This document shows positions 27,203 to 36,587 of a stretch of 41,420 bases of DNA, piece by piece. The translations under genes and the position numbers were made by a program. Source of the stretch: Chlamydiales bacterium (GTDB lineage: Bacteria > Chlamydiota > Chlamydiia > Chlamydiales > SM23-39); contig DAINNB010000001.1 of the NCBI GenBank assembly GCA_036736085.1, forward strand, positions 1-41,420. The letters are read 5' to 3'. Below the pieces are notes generated by a model that was given only the letters and a program-made list of their open reading frames with translations, was not told the DNA's origin and did not search any database. Each line of letters opens with the position of its first letter. Position 1 is the first letter of the stretch.

Positions 27203-28225
27203 CTACTGCGCTAGCGTTTTCATTTTTGTTTTGATCAGTTTGGTGGCAATCAGCTTCAGTTTTAGTTTTTCAGAGACCCAAGGATATGTTTTTCTCAAGC
27301 CCATTTCGAGGTTTTGGTTCGGTTCCCAATTGAGAACTTGCCGAATGAGCCGATTGTCTGAATTTCTTCCTCGAACTCCTTCAGGCCCCTCTACATTTTT
27401 AACGGTGACTTTTTTATTGGCGACGCGAGCGACTAAGAGAGCTAAGTTATTGATAGAGATACACTCTTCCGAACCAATATTTAAAATCGGAATCCCTTTT
27501 TCTGCATGCATGACCCGGCGAAGCCCCTCAATGCACTCATCGATATAAAGAAAAGAGCGGGTTTGATCTCCCTTGCCCCATATTTCTATCGTTCCCCCGT
27601 CGTCTACTTCAGCGACCTTTCTGCATATGGCAGCAGGAGCTTTTTCCCTTCCCCCAATCCACGTTCCTTCAGGCCCAAAAATGTTATGAAGCCGAACGAC
27701 TCGATTGTCCATACCGTAGTCTTTTTCATATGACTTGTATAATCTCTCGCTGTAGAGTTTTTCCCAGCCATACTCAGTATCTGGATGGGCAGGATAAGCG
27801 GAATCTTCTGAACATCTGGGATTGTTGGGATCTAGTTGATTGTGTTCTGGATAGATGCAAGCTGATGAAGTATAGAGCATCTTCTTTACGCCTGTTTTTC
27901 GGGCCTCTTCCAGGACGTGCAAATTGATGAGGGACGAATTATGCATAATTTCAGAGCTATGGGTCGCTAAAAATCCCATTCCTCCCATATTGGCAGCAAG
28001 CTGGCATACCTCGTCAAAGCTTTCGCCCTGAAGATCTAATGCCCTCTTCGCTCCCTCTGGATGAGTGAGGTCTGCAATAATAAAGTCGTCGGCAGCAGTT
28101 TTAGAGTATTCTGGATATTTAATATCTACTCCTCGAACCCAGAATCCCTCTTTTTTATAACGATTGACGAGGTGGTGGCCAATAAATCCTCCGGCTCCGC
28201 ATACGAGAATTTTTTTTTGAGTCAT
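27203..28225 (-). CDS. GDP-mannose 3,5-epimerase (GME) homologue
   Basis: ILVCGAGGFIGHHL, LAANMGGMGF, YTSSACIYPE, EYGWEKL and FGPEGTWIGGREKAPAAICRK are near-identical to the conserved blocks of plant/bacterial GME (AADMGGMGF, SSACIYPE, GGREKAPAAFCRK). Confidence 0.8.
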   Translation of the reverse strand: MTQKKILVCGAGGFIGHHLVNRYKKEGFWVRGVDIKYPEYSKTAADDFIIADLTHPEGAKRALDLQGESFDEVCQLAANMGGMGFLATHSSEIMHNSSLINLHVLEEARKTGVKKMLYTSSACIYPEHNQLDPNNPRCSEDSAYPAHPDTEYGWEKLYSERLYKSYEKDYGMDNRVVRLHNIFGPEGTWIGGREKAPAAICRKVAEVDDGGTIEIWGKGDQTRSFLYIDECIEGLRRVMHAEKGIPILNIGSEECISINNLALLVARVANKKVTVKNVEGPEGVRGRNSDNRLIRQVLNWEPNQNLEMGLRKTYPWVSEKLKLKLIATKLIKTKMKTLAQ

Positions 28226-29061
28226 AAAATGCTCTCTATTTCCATTTCTTCTTTTATTCTTTTTATTCCATCGGCTAATTCTGTTTTTGGTTTCCAGAAT
28301 CTTAAAATATAAGGATCAGGTTCGTTTCTTTTATCTTTTTGTACTTCATCCGCAGACGGCCCTGGCGAGATGTTTGTCCCTGGATAAAGTTTAGCTATAA
28401 CTTCAGCAACTTCTTTAATATAATTCCATTTGAAATTAGTTATGTGAAGTTCTTTTTCTCTTGATATATTATTATATTCTTTTGCTAATTTTATGATACA
28501 TTCGCTGCAATCATCAGCGTATAAAAATTGGCGCATTTCGTTTCCATCTGTCATCATGTCGATGTTTTTATTATTTCTGGCTTTTAATAAAAAATCTGTA
28601 ATGACATGGGATTTTTCTAAATCTTTTTCTATCCCATAAACATTCCAAAATTTAACAATCAATCCCCCCAAGATCTTTGTATAAAGCTCTCCAAGAGCTT
28701 TCAGCTGTCCATAAGGGGAATAACCCATGTTCGACATTTGGCTAGACGCGAATAAAAAGGGTTTTTTTGTTTTCTGAAGAAAAGAGAAAGTGTTCTCAAT
28801 AATTCTAATATTATTTGAAACAAATTCAAGAGTGTTTTGATAGGTTTTCAAATAGCGAGAACCGCCTACATCGAAGGCAAGGAAGAAAACAAAGTCAGCT
28901 TCTTCCATTCTTTCTAGTAGTAGTTTGTTGTTAGGGATCCTTAAGTCTTCTTCCTGATTATTCACCAAATCAAAAGGGATTACTTCTTCTTTTATTTTTT
29001 TGATGTGTTTAACTAGTGAAAATCCTAACTGCCCAGATGATCCTAGCACTAAGTATTTCAT
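28222..29061 (-). CDS. NAD(P)-dependent SDR-type sugar epimerase/reductase
   Basis: MKYLVLGSSGQLGFSL and YGQLK (YxxxK). I prefer the ATG at 29061 to the track start at 29118, which adds 19 non-conserved residues. Confidence 0.7.
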   Translation of the reverse strand: MKYLVLGSSGQLGFSLVKHIKKIKEEVIPFDLVNNQEEDLRIPNNKLLLERMEEADFVFFLAFDVGGSRYLKTYQNTLEFVSNNIRIIENTFSFLQKTKKPFLFASSQMSNMGYSPYGQLKALGELYTKILGGLIVKFWNVYGIEKDLEKSHVITDFLLKARNNKNIDMMTDGNEMRQFLYADDCSECIIKLAKEYNNISREKELHITNFKWNYIKEVAEVIAKLYPGTNISPGPSADEVQKDKRNEPDPYILRFWKPKTELADGIKRIKEEMEIESIL

Positions 29062-29189
29062 GTAATTCTCTTTTATTTTTTGATTAATTGTATTTTTATT
29101 TGCTTTGATATGTGTCAATCTATATAAAAAATGTTTTTATGTAAAAGTTTTTGTGTTCTCATAGTTTTATAATATTGGGGAGGAATCTG

Positions 29190-30293
29190 GTGTTTCCATT
29201 TCAAGCAACGAATGTTTCTAAAAAAGCGAAAGAGTTTGTTTGCCGGGTTTTAGATTCTAATTGTTTAAGCGAAGGCAGTGTTGTTAGAGATTTTGAATTA
29301 GCCTTGCAAAAAGAGCTTCATTTGGTCAGAAAACCGGTCGCTGTAAATTCAGGCACTTCAGGTCTTCATTTGGCTTTAATCGCAGCCGGGGTCCAAGAAG
29401 GCGATGAGGTGATTTTGCCGGCGCAAACTTTTATCGCGAGCGGCCTTTCGATTCTTATGCAAAAAGCAAAGCCTGTTTTCGCGGACATTCAGCCGTTTAC
29501 GGGGAACATTTGTCCTGAATCGATTCGGAAAAAAATTACAAAGAAAACAAAAGCCCTGATGCCGGTTCACTGGTGCGGCTATCCTTGCGATATGGACGAA
29601 ATTTATGCGATTGCCAAAGAGCATAACTTAAAGGTGATCGAAGATGCTGCCCATGCGCTTGGTGCTGTCTATAAAAACAAGATGATTGGCTCGCTTTCCG
29701 ATTTTACCGTGTATTCCTTTCAGGCGATTAAACATTTGACGACGGGAGATGGCGGGGCCGTTTGCTCTCTTACAGAGAAAGATGAAAAAGAGCTTTTGAA
29801 AAAGAGATGGTTCAATATTGATAGAGAAGAGGCTCTTCCCTCTCTTCTTGGCGAAAGAGTGTATAACTCAGAACAAGTTGGCTATAAGTATCATATGAAT
29901 AATGTGGCCGCCTCGATTGGGCTGGCGAACCTCACTGATCTCCCCTTGATTCTTGAGAGGCACAGGTACATTGGAAATTATTATCGAGAGCATTTGGCAG
30001 GCGTTTCTGGAGTCACTCTCTTGAGCAGCTCTCCGGATAGAGAGAGTTCTCACTGGGCTTTTACCATTCTAGTGGAAAGAAGAGAGGATTTTATCCGCGC
30101 TCTCGCCTCTCGCGGGGTGCCATCTTCGATTGTCCATGGACGAATTGACAAAAATAAGGTTTTTGGCGGCCTTTCTCAAGGACTTGTGGGGCAAGATTAC
30201 TACGAGGAGAGACAAATTGCGTTGCCAGTACACAATGCGCTCACCGATGAGAATATCGCTCTTGCTGTGGAATCTGTAAAACAAGGTTGGTAG
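29190..30293 (+). CDS. DegT/DnrJ/EryC1/StrS-family PLP-dependent sugar aminotransferase
   Basis: VAVNSGTSGLHLAL, EDAAHALGA and FSFQAIKHLTTGDGG, with the Schiff-base Lys present. GTG 29190 is preceded by GGGGAGGA at 5-6 nt; the track ATG at 29151 has no RBS. Confidence 0.85.
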   Translation: MFPFQATNVSKKAKEFVCRVLDSNCLSEGSVVRDFELALQKELHLVRKPVAVNSGTSGLHLALIAAGVQEGDEVILPAQTFIASGLSILMQKAKPVFADIQPFTGNICPESIRKKITKKTKALMPVHWCGYPCDMDEIYAIAKEHNLKVIEDAAHALGAVYKNKMIGSLSDFTVYSFQAIKHLTTGDGGAVCSLTEKDEKELLKKRWFNIDREEALPSLLGERVYNSEQVGYKYHMNNVAASIGLANLTDLPLILERHRYIGNYYREHLAGVSGVTLLSSSPDRESSHWAFTILVERREDFIRALASRGVPSSIVHGRIDKNKVFGGLSQGLVGQDYYEERQIALPVHNALTDENIALAVESVKQGW

Positions 30294-30296
30294 AAG

Positions 30297-31190
30297 ATGC
30301 AAAATACATCCAAAATCGTTTGGCTTCTTTACGGCAACGGAGTGCCATCGTGGTATGCTTGTACGCCGATTCCAAGCGATCCTATTCAATCGAAATCTTT
30401 GGGCCCGAGGCTGTTTGAAGAGATTCAAAAAGCAGGTTTTACTATTCACTTCACGCAAGACGCAAGCGAAATCCGTGGAGACATGTTCGCTCTTATTTCC
30501 TGGGATGCTGCAGCTCCCATTTTGCAAAATCTTGCTCCTTATTCTAAAGAAAATAGAGATAGATGTTTTTTGCTCGCTTTTGAGCCTCCTATGATTTGTC
30601 CTGCGTACTATAGCGAAGAGACGAAAAAAAGGTTTGGAAAGATTTTCGTCTGGTTCGATGATCTCGTCGATAACGTCAATTTCTATAAAATCCACTGTCC
30701 GTTTAATTTATGGGGCCTCGGAATGGCGAAAGATCTGCCCCCTTTTTCAGAAAAAAAACTCTGCTGTCTCATGAATGGAAATAAACAGTGGGGCAACGAC
30801 CCGAACGAGCTGAATTCAGAAAGAGTTCGGGCGATTCAGGCTTTGACCCCAACCGGCGATTTCGATCTTTACGGCTCTGGATGGCATGGAATTCCCAGTT
30901 GGAAGGGAGTCGCTCCCGCAGACGCCTCTTCCGTTTTCAAACAGTATAAATTTTCGATCCGCTACGAAAATTACGGAAACCGGCCAGGCTATGTCGGCGA
31001 TAAAATTTTCCCAGCTCTTCTAGGAAGGACGGTTCCGGTCTATTTAGGAGCGACAAACATAGAAGAATACGTTCCCAAAGAGTGTTTTGTCGATAAAAGG
31101 GAGTTTTCTTCTTATGAAGATCTTTACTGGTTCATGAAAAGTATGGACGAAAAAACGCATGAAGAGAACTTGGCGGCAGGACTTGCATAA
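30297..31190 (+). CDS. family 10 glycosyltransferase (fucosyltransferase-like), paralogue 3, C-terminally truncated by nonsense codons
   Basis: KKLCCLMNGN...FDLYGSGW...YKFSIRYENYGNRPGYVGDKIFPALLGRTVPVYLGATN. The frame continues with paralogue-like sequence through TAA 31188 and TAA 31203, up to TAA 31272. Confidence 0.8.
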   Translation: MQNTSKIVWLLYGNGVPSWYACTPIPSDPIQSKSLGPRLFEEIQKAGFTIHFTQDASEIRGDMFALISWDAAAPILQNLAPYSKENRDRCFLLAFEPPMICPAYYSEETKKRFGKIFVWFDDLVDNVNFYKIHCPFNLWGLGMAKDLPPFSEKKLCCLMNGNKQWGNDPNELNSERVRAIQALTPTGDFDLYGSGWHGIPSWKGVAPADASSVFKQYKFSIRYENYGNRPGYVGDKIFPALLGRTVPVYLGATNIEEYVPKECFVDKREFSSYEDLYWFMKSMDEKTHEENLAAGLA

Positions 31191-31278
31191 ATGAAAAGTC
31201 CTTAAAAAGAACTTTTTACGACAGAAGATGTCGTTCAGAGGGTTATGAAACAATTATCAGCTCTTCCGAGATAATCAA

Positions 31279-32655
31279 ATGAAAAAAAAAGAAAAACAGC
31301 TCCCTTTAAATTATTCGGATAAAAAAGTTTGTGTTTTGGGGTTAGGTTTTGTAGGGCTCACGCTGGCTACTACAATGGCCGATGGGGGCTTTCAAGTCAT
31401 AGGGATTGATAGGCGAAAAGACCTTTTAGAGAAAATTGCCTCTGGCAAAGCGGGCTTCTTTGAACCTAGTTTATCGGTCAAATTGAAAAAGGTGATCGCG
31501 GACAGATCTTTAGAGGTCCATGAGAAAATTCCCGAATCTTGCGATGCGAAAGTGTATATCATTACAGTGGGAACCCCTTTAGATTCCAAAAGGAAAATTA
31601 ACTTAAGCAGTATCAAAAAAGTAGCAAGCGACATTGCTCGTCAGCTAAAAGATGGGGATCTCATTATTTTACGCTCGACCGTCAAGCTGGGAACGACCCG
31701 CTCGATCGTAGAGCCGATCTTAGCTAAGACGGGCAAGCGGTTTCAAATTGCTTTTTGTCCAGAAAGGACCATCGAAGGGCAAGCCATGGCCGAGCTTCGC
31801 TATCTGCCTCAGATTATTGGGGCGGACGATTTGGCCACCGGCGTTCGGGCTTCGCTCTTATTTCAGTTTTTGACTCCAACCGTGATCCGGGTCAATGATT
31901 TGGAAACGGCCGAAATGATCAAATTGATCGGAAATACCAAAAGAGATGTCGCTTTCGGTTTTGCTAATGAAGTAGCCCATATGTGCGATGTCGTAGGGTT
32001 AAGCGCAGACGAGGTGATAAGCGGCGGCAGGTTTGGCTACTCGCGTACAGACATCCCTCTCCCAGGTCCAGTCGGTGGACCTTGTCTTTCCAAAGATTCC
32101 CATATCTTGATCCAAAGCATGATGGAATATGGCGTGGTTCCTGAAATTACGATGGCCGCTCGAAGGACAAATGAAAAGCAGCCTAAAGAAGTTGTCGATT
32201 TTTTAGTGACGTTTTTAAAATCGCAAAAAGGGTTTCCGAAAAATCCAAAAATCTCTCTTTTAGGGATCGCTTTTAAAGGAAGGCCAATCACCGACGATAC
32301 TCGGGGCACCACCGCGCTTGCCATCTTTGCCGCATTGAAAAAAGCGTTTCCTAAAGCGATTTTTTCAGGCTATGACCCGGTCGTTGAAGAAAAAGAGATC
32401 AAAGAATTTGGTCTTGTCGCCAAAAAAGAGCCCGAAGAGATGTTTGCTGGGGCCCACTTGGTGTTGATTTTGAATAATCACCCTCTTTTTTCTACCATGC
32501 CATTAGAAGAATGGACGGCCAAAATGACAAAACCCGGTGTGGTCTATGATTTTTGGAACAATTATAGCCAAGAGAACCTTCATCTTCCTCTCGGGGTCAA
32601 ATACATCACACTAGGCTGCCATAAAGAGGTGCTAAACAGCGAGGGCTCTTCATGA
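31279..32655 (+). CDS. UDP-N-acetylhexosamine-type nucleotide-sugar dehydrogenase (WecC/TviB/Cap5O-like)
   Basis: VCVLGLGFVGLTLA and GPVGGPCLSKD, with the catalytic Cys present. Confidence 0.75.
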   Translation: MKKKEKQLPLNYSDKKVCVLGLGFVGLTLATTMADGGFQVIGIDRRKDLLEKIASGKAGFFEPSLSVKLKKVIADRSLEVHEKIPESCDAKVYIITVGTPLDSKRKINLSSIKKVASDIARQLKDGDLIILRSTVKLGTTRSIVEPILAKTGKRFQIAFCPERTIEGQAMAELRYLPQIIGADDLATGVRASLLFQFLTPTVIRVNDLETAEMIKLIGNTKRDVAFGFANEVAHMCDVVGLSADEVISGGRFGYSRTDIPLPGPVGGPCLSKDSHILIQSMMEYGVVPEITMAARRTNEKQPKEVVDFLVTFLKSQKGFPKNPKISLLGIAFKGRPITDDTRGTTALAIFAALKKAFPKAIFSGYDPVVEEKEIKEFGLVAKKEPEEMFAGAHLVLILNNHPLFSTMPLEEWTAKMTKPGVVYDFWNNYSQENLHLPLGVKYITLGCHKEVLNSEGSS

Positions 32656-33617
32656 GACGGATTTTAGTGACGGGAGGCACCGGTTTTTTAGGTTCGGCTT
32701 TAGTTCGCCGTTTGATCTCTTTGGGCCATTTTGTTCGAGTGATCGACAATGAATTCCGCTCGTCGATCGATCGGCTTAAAAGCTGCAAGGATCAGATCGA
32801 TTGGGTCAAAGGGGACATCCGCGATCCAAAAGCGGTTTTAACCTCTATGGAAAACATCGATACGGTGATCCATTTAGCAGCGATCAATGGAACGAAGTTT
32901 TTTTATGAAAGACCGGATCTTGTTTTAGATGTCGGCGTCCGCGGCATTTTGAATGTGCTGGATGGATGCAAAAAATGGGAGATCTCTGATCTGATCGTTG
33001 CTTCGAGCTCCGAGGTTTATCAAACGCCTTTAAAGATACCTACCGATGAAAAAGAGCCTTTAAAAGTGCCTGACGTTTCGAACCCCCGCTATTCGTATGG
33101 AGGATCGAAAATCATCACGGAACTTTTGGCTATGAACTACCAGGGAACGCCGCGCCAAAGAACGGTGATTTTTAGGCCTCATAATGTTTATGGGCCCGAT
33201 ATGGGAGGGGAGCATGTCTTGCCCGAACTTATCGTGAAAATCCTTAAGAGCATAAAAAGTCATCCTTCAGGACCGCTTCCCCTCGAAATTCAGGGGAGCG
33301 GGCATGAGAGCCGATGTTTTATTCATATTGATGACATGGTGGATGGCATTGTTCTTTTGATGGAGAGTGGAAAGCACAGGCAAATTTATCACGTAGGAAA
33401 TCCGGAAGAGATCTCTATGGCCGATTTGGCTGAAAAACTCGCCGCTTATTTTGGGAGAAATCTAGCCTTAAAGCCAGGGCCTTTATCTTTAGGATCGACC
33501 CTTCGAAGATGTCCCAGTATTGAAAAAATCAAGCAGTTAGGATTTTCCCCTAAAATCTCTTTGGACCAGGGATTGGCATCTATTGTCGAGTGGTATAGAA
33601 AAAATCATAAAAAATAA
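32652..33617 (+). CDS. extended-SDR NAD-dependent nucleotide-sugar epimerase/dehydratase
   Basis: ILVTGGTGFLGSAL and YGGSK (YxxxK). Its start overlaps the stop of the upstream dehydrogenase, a pairing like TviB/TviC. Confidence 0.75.
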   Translation: MRRILVTGGTGFLGSALVRRLISLGHFVRVIDNEFRSSIDRLKSCKDQIDWVKGDIRDPKAVLTSMENIDTVIHLAAINGTKFFYERPDLVLDVGVRGILNVLDGCKKWEISDLIVASSSEVYQTPLKIPTDEKEPLKVPDVSNPRYSYGGSKIITELLAMNYQGTPRQRTVIFRPHNVYGPDMGGEHVLPELIVKILKSIKSHPSGPLPLEIQGSGHESRCFIHIDDMVDGIVLLMESGKHRQIYHVGNPEEISMADLAEKLAAYFGRNLALKPGPLSLGSTLRRCPSIEKIKQLGFSPKISLDQGLASIVEWYRKNHKK

Positions 33618-33628
33618 GGATTTCGTCC

Positions 33629-34876
33629 ATGCAGCCTAAATCTCTTTTTGATTCAACGCCGATCCACAATTGTCAGGTTTGCCAAAAAGGCCCTCTTGAA
33701 TCGATCATTTTCTTAGGTTATGTCCCTTTGCTTAATGACATGGCTCCCTTTAATCAAGGTTTGGATGCTGAAGTGAGGTTCCCAGTTGAACTTCTTCGAT
33801 GCCCTCATTGCACGCTTGTTCAAATTGGCTACGCTATCGATCCAAAGATCTTATTTCCTGAGGACTATCTTTACTTAAGCGGCATCACTAAAGCTCTTAG
33901 AGATGATTTTGCAGATTTAGTTAGAGAGGTTTCTCAGCTCTTTTCTTTGAAAGGTTTAGTTGTGGATATAGGAGCGAATGACGGAAGTCTTTTGATCCCG
34001 TTTCGAGAGGCTGGTTATTCTGTCGTTGGAGTAGAGCCTACAAAAGCTCTCGAGCGTGCAACTGAGCGGGGCATTCCGATGATCAAAGATTATTTTGGCT
34101 TGGAAGCTGCCCAAAAAATCCTCTCTAAATATGGCCCTGCTCAAATTGTGACAGCTACTAATATTTTTGCTCATGTTTTACAGATTCATGAATTTGTCGA
34201 AGCAATGCTTGATCTATTGGCTCCTGAGGGGATTTTTATTTCAGAGTCCCATTATGTCCTCGACTTGGTAAAAACCTTGCAATATGACGCTGTTTATCAC
34301 GACCATCTCAAATACTATTCTGTAGGAAGTCTAACTCGCCTTCTAGAGCCTCATGGACTGGAAATTATCCGCGTAGGGCGCATTCCTACTCATGGGGGTT
34401 CGATCCGAGTTTATGCTGCCCGCAAAGGCTCTTATCCGATCGATCCTTCAGTCTCAGATCATTTAGCTGAAGAAAAAACTCTTGGACTCGAAGATGGTCG
34501 CCTTTTTGATTCTTTCCGTTCGCAAGTTATTGCCTCAAAATTGTCTTTGCTCACTCTTATTCAAGAGATTAAAGCTAGCGGTAAAAAGATTTATGGAGTG
34601 GGGGCTCCGTCTCGAGCAACCACTCTCACCAATTATGTCGGACTAGACGATGGGCTTATTGATATGGTCGTAGAGGTCGCAACGTCGAACAAAGTAAATA
34701 AATTTATGCCGGGCACTCGCATCCCTGTGCTAAGTGAAGAAAAGTTATTTGCCGATCAGCCTGAATATGCTCTTTTATATTCTTGGCATATTGCCGAGGA
34801 ACTGGCTAAAAACTTAAGAAAAAAGGGATATAAGGGAAACTTTATCATCCCTCTTCCCATCCCTAGAATTATATAG
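33629..34876 (+). CDS. NDP-sugar C-methyltransferase (zinc-ribbon + class I SAM fold + C-terminal domain)
   Basis: CQVCQ...CPHCTLVQ is the N-terminal Zn ribbon and VVDIGANDGSLL is SAM motif I. It is colinear with 13882-15114. Confidence 0.7.
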   Translation: MQPKSLFDSTPIHNCQVCQKGPLESIIFLGYVPLLNDMAPFNQGLDAEVRFPVELLRCPHCTLVQIGYAIDPKILFPEDYLYLSGITKALRDDFADLVREVSQLFSLKGLVVDIGANDGSLLIPFREAGYSVVGVEPTKALERATERGIPMIKDYFGLEAAQKILSKYGPAQIVTATNIFAHVLQIHEFVEAMLDLLAPEGIFISESHYVLDLVKTLQYDAVYHDHLKYYSVGSLTRLLEPHGLEIIRVGRIPTHGGSIRVYAARKGSYPIDPSVSDHLAEEKTLGLEDGRLFDSFRSQVIASKLSLLTLIQEIKASGKKIYGVGAPSRATTLTNYVGLDDGLIDMVVEVATSNKVNKFMPGTRIPVLSEEKLFADQPEYALLYSWHIAEELAKNLRKKGYKGNFIIPLPIPRII

Positions 34877-34882
34877 GAAACC

Positions 34883-35524
34883 ATGAAAGAAAAAGTTGTA
34901 TTGGTTGGCGTCGAATGGGACGTCATTGATCTAATCGAATCAATCCATTTTATTGATTTGATAGGAATTCTTGAATCTACTTATCCGAATGAATGTTATG
35001 ACATCAATTATCTTGGCTCAGATGAAAATTGGGAGGAACTCAAAGCAAAACATCCAGGATTAAAAGCAGTTTTACCGATCGATTCCCCCAAAATCAGAGC
35101 TCGCCTTTTAAAATATTATGGAGAAGAGGCTCTAATGACTCTCGTTTCTCCCGAATCTTACATTTCTTCAAGAGCCAGCGTAGGATTTGGAACAATCGTA
35201 CAAAGAGGAGTCAAGATTATGGCCCGAGCCTCCATTGGAAATTGCTGCAAAATTAACGTCAATGCCACCGTACACCATGAGTCCTTTATAGGTCATTTTT
35301 GCACGCTAGCGCCAGGTGCTCAGGTTCTCGGAAGGGTCATCGTAGGCAATTCTGTTTACATAGGCGCCGGCGCTGTGATCAAACAAAAATGTCGCATCGG
35401 CGATGGTGCTATCATAGGCGCTGGAGCCGTCGTTGTTCACGACATCCCTCCTCACGTCACTGTGGTCGGCATTCCCGCAAAAGAAATACAAAGAAAAATA
35501 CCCCTCTCAACGCCGTCAGCTTAA
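34883..35524 (+). CDS. NeuD/PglD-family hexapeptide-repeat sugar N/O-acetyltransferase
   Basis: N-terminal Rossmann-like VVLVGVEWDVIDLI, then left-handed beta-helix repeats (IGNCCKINVNATVHHESFIGHFCTLAPGAQVLGRVIVGNSVYIGAGAVI...GIPAKEI). Confidence 0.8.
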   Translation: MKEKVVLVGVEWDVIDLIESIHFIDLIGILESTYPNECYDINYLGSDENWEELKAKHPGLKAVLPIDSPKIRARLLKYYGEEALMTLVSPESYISSRASVGFGTIVQRGVKIMARASIGNCCKINVNATVHHESFIGHFCTLAPGAQVLGRVIVGNSVYIGAGAVIKQKCRIGDGAIIGAGAVVVHDIPPHVTVVGIPAKEIQRKIPLSTPSA

Positions 35525-35540
35525 GGGCTCCGCCCTTAAG
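35520..35540. repeat. solo CTTAAGGGC-TCC-GCCCTTAAG hairpin (repeat-family arm motif) overlapping a stop codon
   Basis: Perfect 9-bp stem with a 3-nt loop. The TAA stop of the acetyltransferase (35522-35524) lies inside it. Confidence 0.6.
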
Positions 35541-35574
35541 CTCGTAACATCGCCATTTCTCTCAGGATAAATTT

Positions 35575-36441
35575 ATGAAAGATACAATTTCAAAGCATTT
35601 TAGGTTGATACAAGATAAACACATTTCTTCTAAATTTCAGATTAGAAATGTAGATTTTATTTATTTAATTAATTTGGATAGAAGAACAGACCGGCTTCAA
35701 CGATGTTTTCGACAGCTTTCTCCTTACCAGATTAGGCCTCATCGTGCTCCTGGGATTGATGGCTGGAGTTTATCTCAAGAGGTATTTGATGATATTGCGA
35801 TGATCGTCGAGCCATCGATGCGGTATGATCGAAATGTACAGGTGAGCTTTGTTCCTGGGAATTCTCCTGGGAAACCATTTCGAGATCTTGTAGCAGGACA
35901 AAGGTGTTTGCATAAAGATGCGCCTGGCGGAGGAATGGGGGGGTGTTTGACCCATCTTTCCATCTTGGAGGATGCGTATATGTCCGGTTTTGAAACGGTA
36001 TGGATTTTGGAAGATGATTTTACCGCAAAAGGAAATCCCCATGAACTTGCCGATCTAATAGACCGTCTGGATAAGTTAGAGAGCGGCTGGGATGTTCTTT
36101 ATACAGATGATGATTGCTACTATACACCATCTAACGTTAGAGCTCACTGCGGAAGTGACGGGTGGCTAAGACCTGGAATGCCGATGACACCTTCTTTAAT
36201 TGAAAGAAAAGCTGTGGGAGAAGACTTTTTCAAGATCGGAGGCCGTACTCAGGCCCACTCTTATCTTGTCCGCAGGTCTGGGATGGAAAAGATTTTACGC
36301 TTCGTGAAGGAAAATTGTCTTTTTTTCCCTTTTGATACAGAGCTTCCTACCATTGAAGGGCTTTGCCTTTATAATTTAAAATACGATCTCATCCATGGAA
36401 GAGATCGGTCTTACTCCGATACGTATGTTAAACAGCCTTAA
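35575..36441 (+). CDS. family 25 glycosyltransferase, paralogue 2
   Basis: VDFIYLINLDRRTDRLQRCFRQL and WILEDD. Confidence 0.8.
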   Translation: MKDTISKHFRLIQDKHISSKFQIRNVDFIYLINLDRRTDRLQRCFRQLSPYQIRPHRAPGIDGWSLSQEVFDDIAMIVEPSMRYDRNVQVSFVPGNSPGKPFRDLVAGQRCLHKDAPGGGMGGCLTHLSILEDAYMSGFETVWILEDDFTAKGNPHELADLIDRLDKLESGWDVLYTDDDCYYTPSNVRAHCGSDGWLRPGMPMTPSLIERKAVGEDFFKIGGRTQAHSYLVRRSGMEKILRFVKENCLFFPFDTELPTIEGLCLYNLKYDLIHGRDRSYSDTYVKQP

Positions 36442-36587
36442 AGAGGTCTGTGCAGAATTCAGGGGATTTTAAAAAAAACAGGTATTTGTTTTTTATTAAT
36501 TGAGCGATGTAATTAAAATTTTATTTGCTGACATTTGATTTTTAGTTCTTTTGCTTTTATTATCTATTTGAGTAATAGTGTAATTTG

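Noticed and set aside
29062-29189. Perfect TATAAT hexamer (about 29168-29173) upstream of the aminotransferase gene as a -10 element.
   Set aside because: There is no acceptable -35 at 16-18 nt spacing. The implied transcription start would also fall within or after the GGGGAGGA ribosome-binding site. I did not call it.
30069-30695. 208-aa minus-strand ORF.
   Set aside because: It is entirely antisense to the well-supported aminotransferase 3' end and GT10 5' end. It has no motif or RBS, and its composition looks like shadow-frame translation.
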